Source: Myxococcota bacterium (lineage in GTDB: Bacteria > Myxococcota_A > Polyangia > Polyangiales > Sandaracinaceae). Taken from it: a DNA stretch of 24,653 nt. The stretch spans positions 1 through 24,653 of the forward strand of contig JAYZQJ010000132.1 of assembly GCA_036149055.1 (NCBI GenBank), read 5' to 3'. Made by a program: the position numbers and the translations under genes. Positions 14,975 through 23,191 of this stretch are shown piece by piece. Each line of letters starts with the position of its first letter. The first letter of the stretch is position 1. The notes under the pieces are model-generated. The model was given only the letters and a program-made list of their open reading frames with translations, did not search any database and had not been told where the DNA came from.

Positions 14975-16339
14975 TCAGGACTGCAGCTCGTCGAGGGCGC
15001 GGTACATGGCCTGGCGGTAGGGGCTGGCGGGGGCGCCGTAGGAGAGCTCGTCGAGTTGCTTGGCGAAGCGCTCGCGGATCGGGGTCCGCTTCTTGGGCGC
15101 CTCCGCTACCGCGGCTTCGACGAGGGCGAGGATGGCCCGGTAGGTGTCCTCGGGGTCCCAGGGGCTCCCGGTGACGTACTGGACCGCAGCCGCGTACATC
15201 TGGTTGCGGAGCCGGGTCGGGACCTCGTGGGCGGCGAGCAGGCGCTGGAGCGCGTCGGGGTGGAGGGGCTGGAGCAGGCGCGCGGCCGCCTTCGGGTCGC
15301 CGGCCTCGAGGGCGGCCTCGAAGGTGGGCCCCGGCGGCTTCGGAGAGGCCGCCGGCTTCTTCGGAGTAGGCGACGCCACGCCGAGGGCCTCGAGGCGCTT
15401 CTTCTGCTCGTAGCCCTCAGGCATCTTCTCGAGGTAGCGGACGGCTTCCTCCCGGCGGCCGGCGGCCAGGTAGGCGTCGGCGATCCGCAGCTGGTGGCGC
15501 TGGCGGTCTCGCTCGTCCGCCGGCGGGAGGTTGTCGGCCATGACGTCGGGCCGGCCGGCGCGCTCGGCGAGGCCGAAGCGGGCGAGGCGGGCGCCGGGCT
15601 CGGAGCCAGCGTCGAGCCAGTGATCCAGAAGCCTGGCGGCCACCGCGGGGTCGTCGGTGAGCTCGCCGAGGCGGCGGGCCACGCCGGGCAGCACGCGGAT
15701 CCAGCCGGCGCGGAGCACGGTCGCCAGCCGCGCGTGCCAGGCCTCGACCTCGCTCGCGTCCGGGCGGGCCGCGACCGTCAGATCGAAGAGCGCGTCCACG
15801 GTCTTGGCGATGGCGACGCCGAAGCCGCGCACCAGGTCTCCGTCGGCCCGGAAGGAGGGCTCGCGGAAGACGCCGGCGATCCGCTCGATGGAGAGCACGG
15901 CGCCGCGTCCCGCCCGGGCCGGGTCGGCCGACGCGTGCAGCTCGTGCAGCGCCCGGCCGGCGAGCTCGACGACCCGGTCCGCCATCCAGAGGGGCGCCTG
16001 GCCGGGCGGCAAGCAGGCCGCGAAGCGGAAGCCTTCGTCGTCTGGCGTCATGACCGCGTCGGCCAGCGCGTCGATCACCGCGGCGTCGATCGCGATCGCG
16101 CGGCGAGGGCTCCGGTTGGCGAAGACCACCGTGGCGATGAGCCAACGCCGACGGCTCTCCGCTTCGTCTCCGGCCTCGTCGAGGTACGCGCGCGCTGCCT
16201 CGGACACCCGAGCCGGGTCGAGGGCGTTCAGCGCCTCCAGGGCCTCCTCGAACGCGTCGATGTGGTGGGGCTCCTTCAGCACGAAGCCGCCGCCGAATTC
16301 GTGGAGCACGCGGAGGATCTCGATGAGGTCGCGGGTCAC
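14975..16339 (-). CDS. Hypothetical helical-repeat protein with a TPR-like segment (454 aa)
   Basis: Balanced, protein-like composition in this frame; IADAYLAAGRREEAVRYLEK is TPR-like; Pro/Lys linker before a C-terminal helical domain. Confidence 0.7.
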   Translation of the reverse strand: MTRDLIEILRVLHEFGGGFVLKEPHHIDAFEEALEALNALDPARVSEAARAYLDEAGDEAESRRRWLIATVVFANRSPRRAIAIDAAVIDALADAVMTPDDEGFRFAACLPPGQAPLWMADRVVELAGRALHELHASADPARAGRGAVLSIERIAGVFREPSFRADGDLVRGFGVAIAKTVDALFDLTVAARPDASEVEAWHARLATVLRAGWIRVLPGVARRLGELTDDPAVAARLLDHWLDAGSEPGARLARFGLAERAGRPDVMADNLPPADERDRQRHQLRIADAYLAAGRREEAVRYLEKMPEGYEQKKRLEALGVASPTPKKPAASPKPPGPTFEAALEAGDPKAAARLLQPLHPDALQRLLAAHEVPTRLRNQMYAAAVQYVTGSPWDPEDTYRAILALVEAAVAEAPKKRTPIRERFAKQLDELSYGAPASPYRQAMYRALDELQS

Positions 16340-16398
16340 GGTGCGAGCCTACGTCGGCGCGGGAGGCGCCTCCCCTCGGATCGATCATGCTTGGATGC

Positions 16399-16992
16399 AT
16401 GGACGAGCGACGCGCGCACTGGGAGAAGGTCTACGAGGAGAAGGCGCCGGACTCGGTGAGCTGGTTCCAAGAACGGCCTGCGTCGAGCTTGGCGCTGATC
16501 GAGCGCGCGGGGGGCCGGCGCGTGATCGACGTGGGCGGCGGCGCGTCGACGCTGGTCGATCACCTGATCGCCGATCACGAGGTGACGGTGCTCGACATCA
16601 GCGAGGCGGCGCTGGAGCGCGCCCGGGCGCGGCTGGGAGATCGCGCCTCCGAGGTGCGCTGGGTCCGGGCCGACGCGACCGACCCGCCGCTCGAGGGGCC
16701 CTTCGACGTGTGGCACGACCGGGCGGTGTTCCACTTCCTGACCGTCCCCGCGGACCGCGCGCGCTACCGGGAGGCGCTGCATCGGCTGCTCGCGCCCGAG
16801 GGCGAGGCGGTCGTGGCGACGTTCGCGCTCGATGGGCCCGAGCGATGCAGCGGGCTGCCGGTCCAGCGCTGGAGCGCGGAGGGGCTCGCGGCGGAGCTGG
16901 GGCTCGTCTCGGTCGAGACGCTCGAGGAGGCGCACGAGACGCCGGCCGGCAAGACGCAGCGCTTCGTGTTCTGCCGGATGCGGCGCGGGTGA
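16399..16992 (+). CDS. Class I SAM-dependent methyltransferase
   Basis: HWEKVY..K..VSWFQ, motif I VIDVGGGAS, VTVLDIS, FDVWHDRAVFHFL, TFALDGPERCSGLPV. Confidence 0.92.
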   Translation: MDERRAHWEKVYEEKAPDSVSWFQERPASSLALIERAGGRRVIDVGGGASTLVDHLIADHEVTVLDISEAALERARARLGDRASEVRWVRADATDPPLEGPFDVWHDRAVFHFLTVPADRARYREALHRLLAPEGEAVVATFALDGPERCSGLPVQRWSAEGLAAELGLVSVETLEEAHETPAGKTQRFVFCRMRRG

Positions 16993-17006
16993 GGTAGAGT
17001 CCGCGC

Positions 17007-17288
17007 ATGGCAGGTGACCAGACCGTCGAGCTCGACGCCGTGTACCTCCCCGTGAAGGCGGCGGAGGACGTGGAGGACGCTCTCGAAGGCTACGTGCGCG
17101 TGACCGGCAAGGCCGCGGCGGGGCAGTCCGGGCCGCTGGTGCGCGGCGAGGGCTTCGAGGTGGACTGCGCCGAGCTCGAGACGTGGCCCGACGACGTGCT
17201 CGGGGAGGTCGTGACGGTCCGCGGCCGGCTCACCAAGGACGGCGATCAGCTGAAGCTGGAGCGCCCCCTCTACGAAGTCGACGAGTAG
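17007..17288 (+). CDS. Small hypothetical protein (93 aa)
   Basis: ATG 14 nt after the methyltransferase stop, upstream GAGG, GC3-rich codons, acidic beta-rich sequence. Confidence 0.7.
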   Translation: MAGDQTVELDAVYLPVKAAEDVEDALEGYVRVTGKAAAGQSGPLVRGEGFEVDCAELETWPDDVLGEVVTVRGRLTKDGDQLKLERPLYEVDE

Positions 17289-17293
17289 GCGCC

Positions 17294-17749
17294 TCAGGCG
17301 ACGAAGAGCTCCGGCTCGCGGTAGGCGGCGAAGGTCTGCAGCAGGTCGGCGTCCTCGGCGTCGAGGCGGGCGAAGGCGAGGCCGAGGCCGGGGCGGCCGG
17401 TGGACGCAGCGCGGGCCCAGCGCACGGTGGCGCGGGTCATCAGCTCGACGCCGCCCGGGAGGCAGAGCCGCACCTCGACGTGCGCGCCGAGCGGGAGCTC
17501 GCGGTAGGTGGCGGCGAAGACGCCGTCGACCCGGCCGTCGAGATCCACGACCACGTTCGAGTCGCTGTACGGCGCGAGCGCGACCTCGAGGAACGCCTCC
17601 GGCGCCGGCACCCGGACCGGCTCGATCTCCGGCACCCGCAGCCCGAGCGGGCGCGCGTCGATCACGGTCGCGTCGTGGTCCTCGAGGAGCACGTTCCACG
17701 AGCCGGCGGCGGGAGGGGTCAGGATGCTGAGGGGGCTGAGCTGCGTCAT
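17294..17749 (-). CDS. PilZ-like protein resembling myxobacterial TIGR02266 family
   Basis: SDSN...GVFAATY..LPLG..VEV...LPGG...ATVRW...PGLGLAF..L...REP.LF pattern; start at ATG 17749 is inferred. Confidence 0.75.
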   Translation of the reverse strand: MTQLSPLSILTPPAAGSWNVLLEDHDATVIDARPLGLRVPEIEPVRVPAPEAFLEVALAPYSDSNVVVDLDGRVDGVFAATYRELPLGAHVEVRLCLPGGVELMTRATVRWARAASTGRPGLGLAFARLDAEDADLLQTFAAYREPELFVA

Positions 17750-17975
17750 GGGACGGCCGCATCTCAAGCTGCGTGCCAGCGCGCCGCGCGGGGGATGCGA
17801 GCGCACGGAGGGCGGTGACGCGTAACGCCGAGCGTAACGATGGACGTCCGCGGTTACGGGCGGGCGTGACACCGTCTCGATCGCCGAGCGCGTGCGATTT
17901 CGCAAAGGCTGCGTGTCCGCCGACGCTGGAACGCCGCGTGTCGCTCATGGCACGCCCCGTGGAATCGAGGGTGGC

Positions 17976-19001
17976 GTGGTCCTGCCCCCGAAACCCGCGC
18001 CCGACACGCGGCCGGAGTCGCCGAAGGCGCTCGGCACCTCCCCGCGGGAGACCCAGCCGCGCGGCGCCGGTCCGGTGCTGCTGGATCCGGGGGTGATGCT
18101 CTGCGGGCGCTACGAGATCGAGAAGGTGCTCGGGATCGGGGGCCACGGGGTGGTGTACGCGGCCCGCGACAAGCGCGCGCGGGAGGACGTGGCGGTGAAG
18201 CTGCTGTCGCATCCGTCGGGGCGCATCCCGGCCGCGATCTCGCGGCTGCGCCTGGAGCGGGAGGCGGAGATCCTCGAGAAGATCGCGCACCCCAACGTGG
18301 TGCGGGTGCACGAGATCGGCTGGCTCGACGAGGACCGCCCGTTCCTGGTCATGGAGCGGCTGCACGGCCGGACCGTGCACGACGAGCTGGTCGCGCGCGG
18401 GGTGATGGATCCGCCGGAGGCGTTCTCGATCGTGCGGCCGGTGATGGACGCGCTCTCGCTCGCCCACGCGTTCGGCATCGTGCACCGCGATCTCAAGCCG
18501 GCGAACCTCTTCCTCGCCGACGACGGCCGCGCGAAGCTGCTCGACTTCGGGGTCAGCGCGGTGGACCGGCGCGACGACCGCCTCACTCACCCGGGCGACG
18601 TGCTCGGGACCCCCGCCTACCTCGCGCCCGAGCAGCTGACGCCGCACGTCGGCATCGACGCCCGGACCGACGTCTACGGCATGGGGGTGACGCTCTACGA
18701 GATGCTCACCGGCCGCCTGCCCTTCGAGGAGGTCGCGGCCCTGCTCTTCGAGTCGATCCTGTTCGACCCGCCGGTCCCGGCGAGCGTCTATCGCCCGGGG
18801 CTCGGCGCCGACATCGACGCGATGCTCACCCGGGCCCTCGCCAAGTCCCCGGAGCGGCGCTTCGGATCGATGGCGGAGTTCGCCGAGGCGATCGAGGCGG
18901 CCGCCTTCCCGGATCCGATCCCGGTCCCGGTCTCGGACATCCGCGCGCTCAAGCGCACCCCGCCGACCCCGCGACGGGTCGGCGGTCCCTCGTCCGCGTG
19001 A
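17976..19001 (+). CDS. Hanks-type Ser/Thr protein kinase
   Basis: LGIGGHGVVY, VAVK, HPNVV, HRDLKPAN, DFG, GTPAYLAPE, DVYGMG. Start uncertain (GTG 17976 preferred; the ORF is open from 17892). Confidence 0.95.
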   Translation: MVLPPKPAPDTRPESPKALGTSPRETQPRGAGPVLLDPGVMLCGRYEIEKVLGIGGHGVVYAARDKRAREDVAVKLLSHPSGRIPAAISRLRLEREAEILEKIAHPNVVRVHEIGWLDEDRPFLVMERLHGRTVHDELVARGVMDPPEAFSIVRPVMDALSLAHAFGIVHRDLKPANLFLADDGRAKLLDFGVSAVDRRDDRLTHPGDVLGTPAYLAPEQLTPHVGIDARTDVYGMGVTLYEMLTGRLPFEEVAALLFESILFDPPVPASVYRPGLGADIDAMLTRALAKSPERRFGSMAEFAEAIEAAAFPDPIPVPVSDIRALKRTPPTPRRVGGPSSA

Positions 19002-19010
19002 GCTCGGGGT

Positions 19011-19985
19011 TCACCCGAAGAAGGTGCAGCAGCCCGTGAGGCAGAAGTGGCCCTCGGGGCACGGCTCGGTCCCGGGCACGCCGCAGGCCTGACGGCCGTC
19101 GTCGCAGAGCGGCGGGGGCGGCGCGCCGCCGTCGGGCACCGGGCCTCCGTCGGGCAGGGTCGTGCCCCCGTCCGGCGGCGGCGTCGGGAAGCACTCCGGC
19201 GGCAGCTCGGTGCGGCCGAGGCAGAGCTCGCACTCCTCGCAGGTGTTCAGGCAGTTGGCGACCGGCGTGCACGGGTGGCAGCGCGCGTCGTCCTCGACGC
19301 CGTCGAGGGTGCAGGTCGGCTCGCCGGTCTCGTCCACGCTGCCGATGAAGACCCAGCGGTCGGTGCCCGCCGGGAGGTTGCAGCAGCCGAAGCAGTCGCA
19401 GCCGTTCGGGACGAGCGGGCGGCAGATCTCCGCGCACTCCGGCGCCTGCTCGGCCGGGCAGTTGGCGGAGGGCGGCGGCGGGTCGCGGAACATGCACTCG
19501 GGGTCGGGCTCGAGCGGGTCACAGCGGTGATCCCAGCTGCATTGGTCGTTGCCGGAGCCCTGGTCCTGGTCGAAGTAGCAGTCGAGCCGGCAGGGCGCCG
19601 AGTCGCCCCCGGGGATGTCCAGGAAGAAGCCGGCCTCGTTGTTGTCGCAGGGGCCGAGGCAGTCCGGATCCTCGTCGTCCGCGAGGCCGTCGCCGTCGTT
19701 GTCCAGCGTGTCGCCGCACTGGTAGAGGTGGCCCTGGCAGGTGATGGGGCCGCCCCCGACCACCCGGCCGTCCGGGAGGGTCACCGCGCCGTCGCCGGGC
19801 GTGACCCCGCCGCCGTCGGCGTCCACCGCGCCGTCCATGCCGCCGCCCCCGCCCGCGTCCATCCCGCCGACGTCTCCGTCCGGGCCGGGGCCGGTGCCGG
19901 CGTCTCCGTCGCCTCCGTCTCCGTCGCCGCAGCCGACGAGGAGCAGACCCACGAGCAGCACGCGAGACACGTTCTGGGCTGTCAT
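19011..19985 (-). CDS. Cysteine-rich lipoprotein
   Basis: Lipobox LLVGC, D/G-rich linker (DAG/DGG), DNDGDG Ca-binding-like loop, more than 20 Cys, C-terminal C...FCLTGCC. Confidence 0.85.
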   Translation of the reverse strand: MTAQNVSRVLLVGLLLVGCGDGDGGDGDAGTGPGPDGDVGGMDAGGGGGMDGAVDADGGGVTPGDGAVTLPDGRVVGGGPITCQGHLYQCGDTLDNDGDGLADDEDPDCLGPCDNNEAGFFLDIPGGDSAPCRLDCYFDQDQGSGNDQCSWDHRCDPLEPDPECMFRDPPPPSANCPAEQAPECAEICRPLVPNGCDCFGCCNLPAGTDRWVFIGSVDETGEPTCTLDGVEDDARCHPCTPVANCLNTCEECELCLGRTELPPECFPTPPPDGGTTLPDGGPVPDGGAPPPPLCDDGRQACGVPGTEPCPEGHFCLTGCCTFFG

Positions 19986-20007
19986 CCGATGAAACCTCCG
20001 CCCCGTC

Positions 20008-21237
20008 CTACGAGCCAGGCCCGGCGCCGGAGACACCCTCCGCCTCGAAGACCGCGTTCTCGCCGCCGAAGTCGTCGCGCACGTAGCGGGCCGATCCGGG
20101 CGGGCGGCGCGGCTCCCCGTCGACCAGGAGGTGGTAGCGGTGCGCCCCCGGCGAGACGGGGAAGGTGCCCTCGAAGACGCCGGGCGAGACCTCTCGCAGC
20201 CGGCCCCGCGCGGGATCCCAGCCGTTGAAGTCGCCGATCACGCTCACCTCCTCGGCGTCGAGCGCGAAGCGGAAGCGCGCCCGCCCGCCGGAGACGGTCA
20301 CCGGCCCGGGCGGCGGCGGGGGCGGCGGCGGCTCGACCTCGAGCTCCACCCGGAAGCCTCCCGTGATCGCGAAGCGGTCGTAGGCGAGGGCGCGCGGCTG
20401 CCCGGAGGCGTGCCCGAGCTCCAGCGACACCCAGGGCCCGAGCCACGGGAGGGGGCGGGCCCAGACCGAGAGGCGGGCCACGTGCTCGTCCCCGGTGCGC
20501 GAGCCCACCTCGAACTCGCGCCGGACGAAGCGGTAGGACAGCGCCGCCCCCACCCACTCGGTCCGCGCCGCCGCCGCCGCCCAGGGCACCAGCTCGGTCC
20601 GGCGCGCCTGCGGGTCGTCGCTCTCCCGGCGCCACACCTCGAGGCCCGCCCCGAGCTCGAGCCAGTCGAGGCGCGCGTCGAAGGTGAGCGCGGCGCCGCC
20701 GAGGACGTCGGTCTGCCCGAGGTCGAACGCGCGCGCGCCGGCCAGCCCGTCGAGCTGGACGCCGAGCCCGTCGAGCAGGGCGAGCCGCGCGCCGCACCGG
20801 CCGACGACCGCCGAGGCGTCGTCGCCGCCGAAGCCGGTGTCGAGGCGCTCCCCGGCGACGGCGCAGCGGGGCGTCACCGGGGGGAGATCGAAGGCGACCT
20901 CGAGCTCCAGGCGCTCGTAGAAGAGGGCGTCGCCGCGCTCGTACACGCCGCCGCTCACGTCGAGCTGCGCCGCGAGCCGCCAGGGGCCGTCCGCGTGAGC
21001 GCCGCGGGCGAGGCCGGAGACGGCGAAGAGCCCCTGGCCGCCGGCCGCGGGGGCGCGATCGGGGAGCCGCCGGTTGTCGCTCGGGGCCGCGAGCTGGGGG
21101 TTGTCGTCCCAGCCGCCGCCCACCCGCAGCTCGGCCTCGAGCCGCTGCGCCCCGGCCGGGAGCGCGACCGCCAGCACCGCGAGCGTCGTGAGCAGCGCCG
21201 CGCCGCTCACGGCGCCGGAGCCTCGGCCTCTCGACAT
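20008..21237 (-). CDS. Secreted, probable outer-membrane beta-barrel protein with C-terminal CBM48/AMPK-type glycogen-binding domain
   Basis: Signal peptide, alternating beta-strand pattern, poly-Pro linker, then VSVIGDFNGWDP...YHLLVDGE...DDFGGENAV. Confidence 0.8.
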   Translation of the reverse strand: MSRGRGSGAVSGAALLTTLAVLAVALPAGAQRLEAELRVGGGWDDNPQLAAPSDNRRLPDRAPAAGGQGLFAVSGLARGAHADGPWRLAAQLDVSGGVYERGDALFYERLELEVAFDLPPVTPRCAVAGERLDTGFGGDDASAVVGRCGARLALLDGLGVQLDGLAGARAFDLGQTDVLGGAALTFDARLDWLELGAGLEVWRRESDDPQARRTELVPWAAAAARTEWVGAALSYRFVRREFEVGSRTGDEHVARLSVWARPLPWLGPWVSLELGHASGQPRALAYDRFAITGGFRVELEVEPPPPPPPPGPVTVSGGRARFRFALDAEEVSVIGDFNGWDPARGRLREVSPGVFEGTFPVSPGAHRYHLLVDGEPRRPPGSARYVRDDFGGENAVFEAEGVSGAGPGS

Positions 21238-21243
21238 CCAGCG

Positions 21244-21867
21244 TCAGTCCACGCGGACGATCGCGTTCCGGTGACCGAAGCCGTCGTCGCGGAAGTTGGT
21301 CGCGTAGGGGTCGCTCACCCAGCGCTCGCCGTCCACCACGAACATGTAGGCGTGCGATCCGGGGGGCAGCTCGGCCGCGCCCACGAACACCCCGTCGCCG
21401 TCGTCGTCCCGCAGGACGGTCGCGTCCGTGCGCCACTCGTTGAAGTCGCCGGCCACCGCCACCGTGCGCGCCCCCTCGGCCGGGAGCGCGAACTCGACCC
21501 GGCGCGGCGCGGGGGCCGCCTCCTCGGGCGGCGGCGCCGAGGGGCGGCGGGCCCAGAGCGCCAGGGCGAGCGCGACCGCCGCGCCGAGGCCCACCCACGC
21601 GGCCGGATGGAGGTGGAGGCGGGGAAGCGCGCGGCGGCGCGGCGGCGCGGCGTGCGCGCGCTGAACGGCCCGGAGCACCGCGCCGTCCACGAGATCGTCC
21701 GGCACCGGCGGCGCCGGCGCCGCGCGGAGCGCGTCGACCACGTCCAGCGCCGCCTCGAGCTCCGCGGCCAGCGCCGGGTCGCGCGCCGCCTCCGCCCGCA
21801 GCGCCGCGGCCTCGACCGCGTCCAGCTCGCCGTCGACGAGCCTGCGCACCCGCTCCGACCGGGTCAC
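21244..21867 (-). CDS. Putative anti-sigma factor with transmembrane helix and CBM48 glycogen-binding domain
   Basis: N-terminal LVDGELD anti-sigma-like segment, TM AAWVGLGAAVALALALW, VAVAGDFNEW...YMFVVDGERWVSDP...DDGFGHRNA; start overlaps the ECF stop. Confidence 0.85.
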   Translation of the reverse strand: MTRSERVRRLVDGELDAVEAAALRAEAARDPALAAELEAALDVVDALRAAPAPPVPDDLVDGAVLRAVQRAHAAPPRRRALPRLHLHPAAWVGLGAAVALALALWARRPSAPPPEEAAPAPRRVEFALPAEGARTVAVAGDFNEWRTDATVLRDDDGDGVFVGAAELPPGSHAYMFVVDGERWVSDPYATNFRDDGFGHRNAIVRVD

Positions 21868-22460
21868 GCCCCCGCCTCCAGGGCCCGCTTCATCCGCTTG
21901 CGCGCGCGCACCACGCGGATCTTCAGCGCCGTGATCGGGGTGCCGGTGATGGCGCGGATCTCTTTATAGGACAGCTCCTGCATGTCCTTCAGCACGAGGG
22001 CCTCCCGGTAGGAGGGCTTCAGCGAGTCGAGCGCCCGGCGCACCTGGACGGCCCGCCGGTCTCGCTCGAGCGCCTCCTCGGGCCCCGGGCGCTCGTCGAC
22101 GCGCTCCAGGATCGGATCGTCGCCGCTGGCCCGCTCGCGCCGCTTCGCGCTCTTCAGGAAGTCGCGGCAGGTGTTCAAGGTGATGCGGTGGAGCCAGGTG
22201 GTGAGGCGGTGCCGCTCGTCGTAGCGGTCGAGGCTGACGTAGGCCTTCGCGAAGCTCTCCTGCACCACGTCGCGCGCGTCCTCGACGTTGCCGAGCAGGC
22301 GCGCGGCGAGGGTGAACAGGGGGCGGTGATGCGCCTCGACGATGAGCCGGAAGGCCGCGGCGTCGCCGTCCAGGGCGTCGCGCACCCAGCGGCGCTCGAC
22401 GGCCCCGAGCTCTCGCCCGCCGGTGTGCGCGCTATCGAGGGCCGCGGCCACGGCCGCCAT
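21864..22460 (-). CDS. ECF RNA polymerase sigma factor
   Basis: GDAAAF..IV..H, DARDVVQESF, TWLHRITLNTCRD (region 2); REALVLKDMQELSYKEI...RVVRAR (region 4). Confidence 0.93.
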   Translation of the reverse strand: MAAVAAALDSAHTGGRELGAVERRWVRDALDGDAAAFRLIVEAHHRPLFTLAARLLGNVEDARDVVQESFAKAYVSLDRYDERHRLTTWLHRITLNTCRDFLKSAKRRERASGDDPILERVDERPGPEEALERDRRAVQVRRALDSLKPSYREALVLKDMQELSYKEIRAITGTPITALKIRVVRARKRMKRALEAGA

Positions 22461-23115
22461 GGTCGCCGCCTCCCCGCCGCGCGTCAACGCCGCGCGCCGC
22501 CCCCACCGCGCGACCGAGCCCGCGCAGGGCCCGGTCCCGCCCGCCCGGCACGTCATCGCGGATGCCCCGGGCCCGGCGGGTCAGCTCCCCGAGCCCGCGC
22601 GAGCCGCCCCGGCGGTGCGCCTCCGCCGCCGCCTCCACCGCGGCCTCGCCCGAGAAGCCGCGCTCGGCCAGCTCCGCCACCGTCACCAGCGCGCCGCGGA
22701 CCTCGGGCGCGCCGCCGCCCCGCTCGCGCACCTGGGCGATCAGCCCCCGGACGCGCGCCTCGGGGGCGCCCGCGCTCAGCGCGTCGACCGCCGCCCGGAG
22801 CAGCGGCCGGCGCCCGCGGGCCGGGCCGAGGTCGCGGACCATCGCGTCGGCCGCCCGCATCCGCTGGCCGAGGGCCTCCACCGCGGCCGCGATCAGGGGC
22901 GGCGGGACGCGCTTGGAGAGCCCCTCGGCGATCTTGGCGCGCAGCCACTCCTCGGGCAGGCCCCCGCGCCGCGCCGCCTCCAGCGCGGCGTCGAGACGAC
23001 CTCGCACCGAGGCCAGCCGCGCGTCCGACTCGACGGCGGGCGACTGCGCGGCGGCGATCGAGGCTCCGAGGAGGAGGCTCGTCGCGAGCACCGCGAGTCG
23101 GGAGCGCCAGCGCAT
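22432..23115 (-). CDS. Secreted helical hypothetical protein, first gene of the ECF cluster
   Basis: Signal peptide MRWRSRLAVLATSLLLGASIAAA; GLP...L.AKIAEGLSKRVP motif; Gly/Arg-rich tail; overlaps the ECF start. Confidence 0.75.
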   Translation of the reverse strand: MRWRSRLAVLATSLLLGASIAAAQSPAVESDARLASVRGRLDAALEAARRGGLPEEWLRAKIAEGLSKRVPPPLIAAAVEALGQRMRAADAMVRDLGPARGRRPLLRAAVDALSAGAPEARVRGLIAQVRERGGGAPEVRGALVTVAELAERGFSGEAAVEAAAEAHRRGGSRGLGELTRRARGIRDDVPGGRDRALRGLGRAVGAARGVDARRGGGDHGGRGRGPR

Positions 23116-23191
23116 TTCGTTCCGTCCTACGAGCGCCGAGGCGATCGGGATACGCGGGTATCCTGGCGCGCCGGCGCCTCGTACTCCAGGC

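Noticed and set aside
17948..17963. Sigma54 promoter upstream of the kinase (TGGCACGCCCCGTGGA)
   Set aside because: Perfect -24 box, but the -12 element reads GG rather than the near-invariant GC; not enough support.
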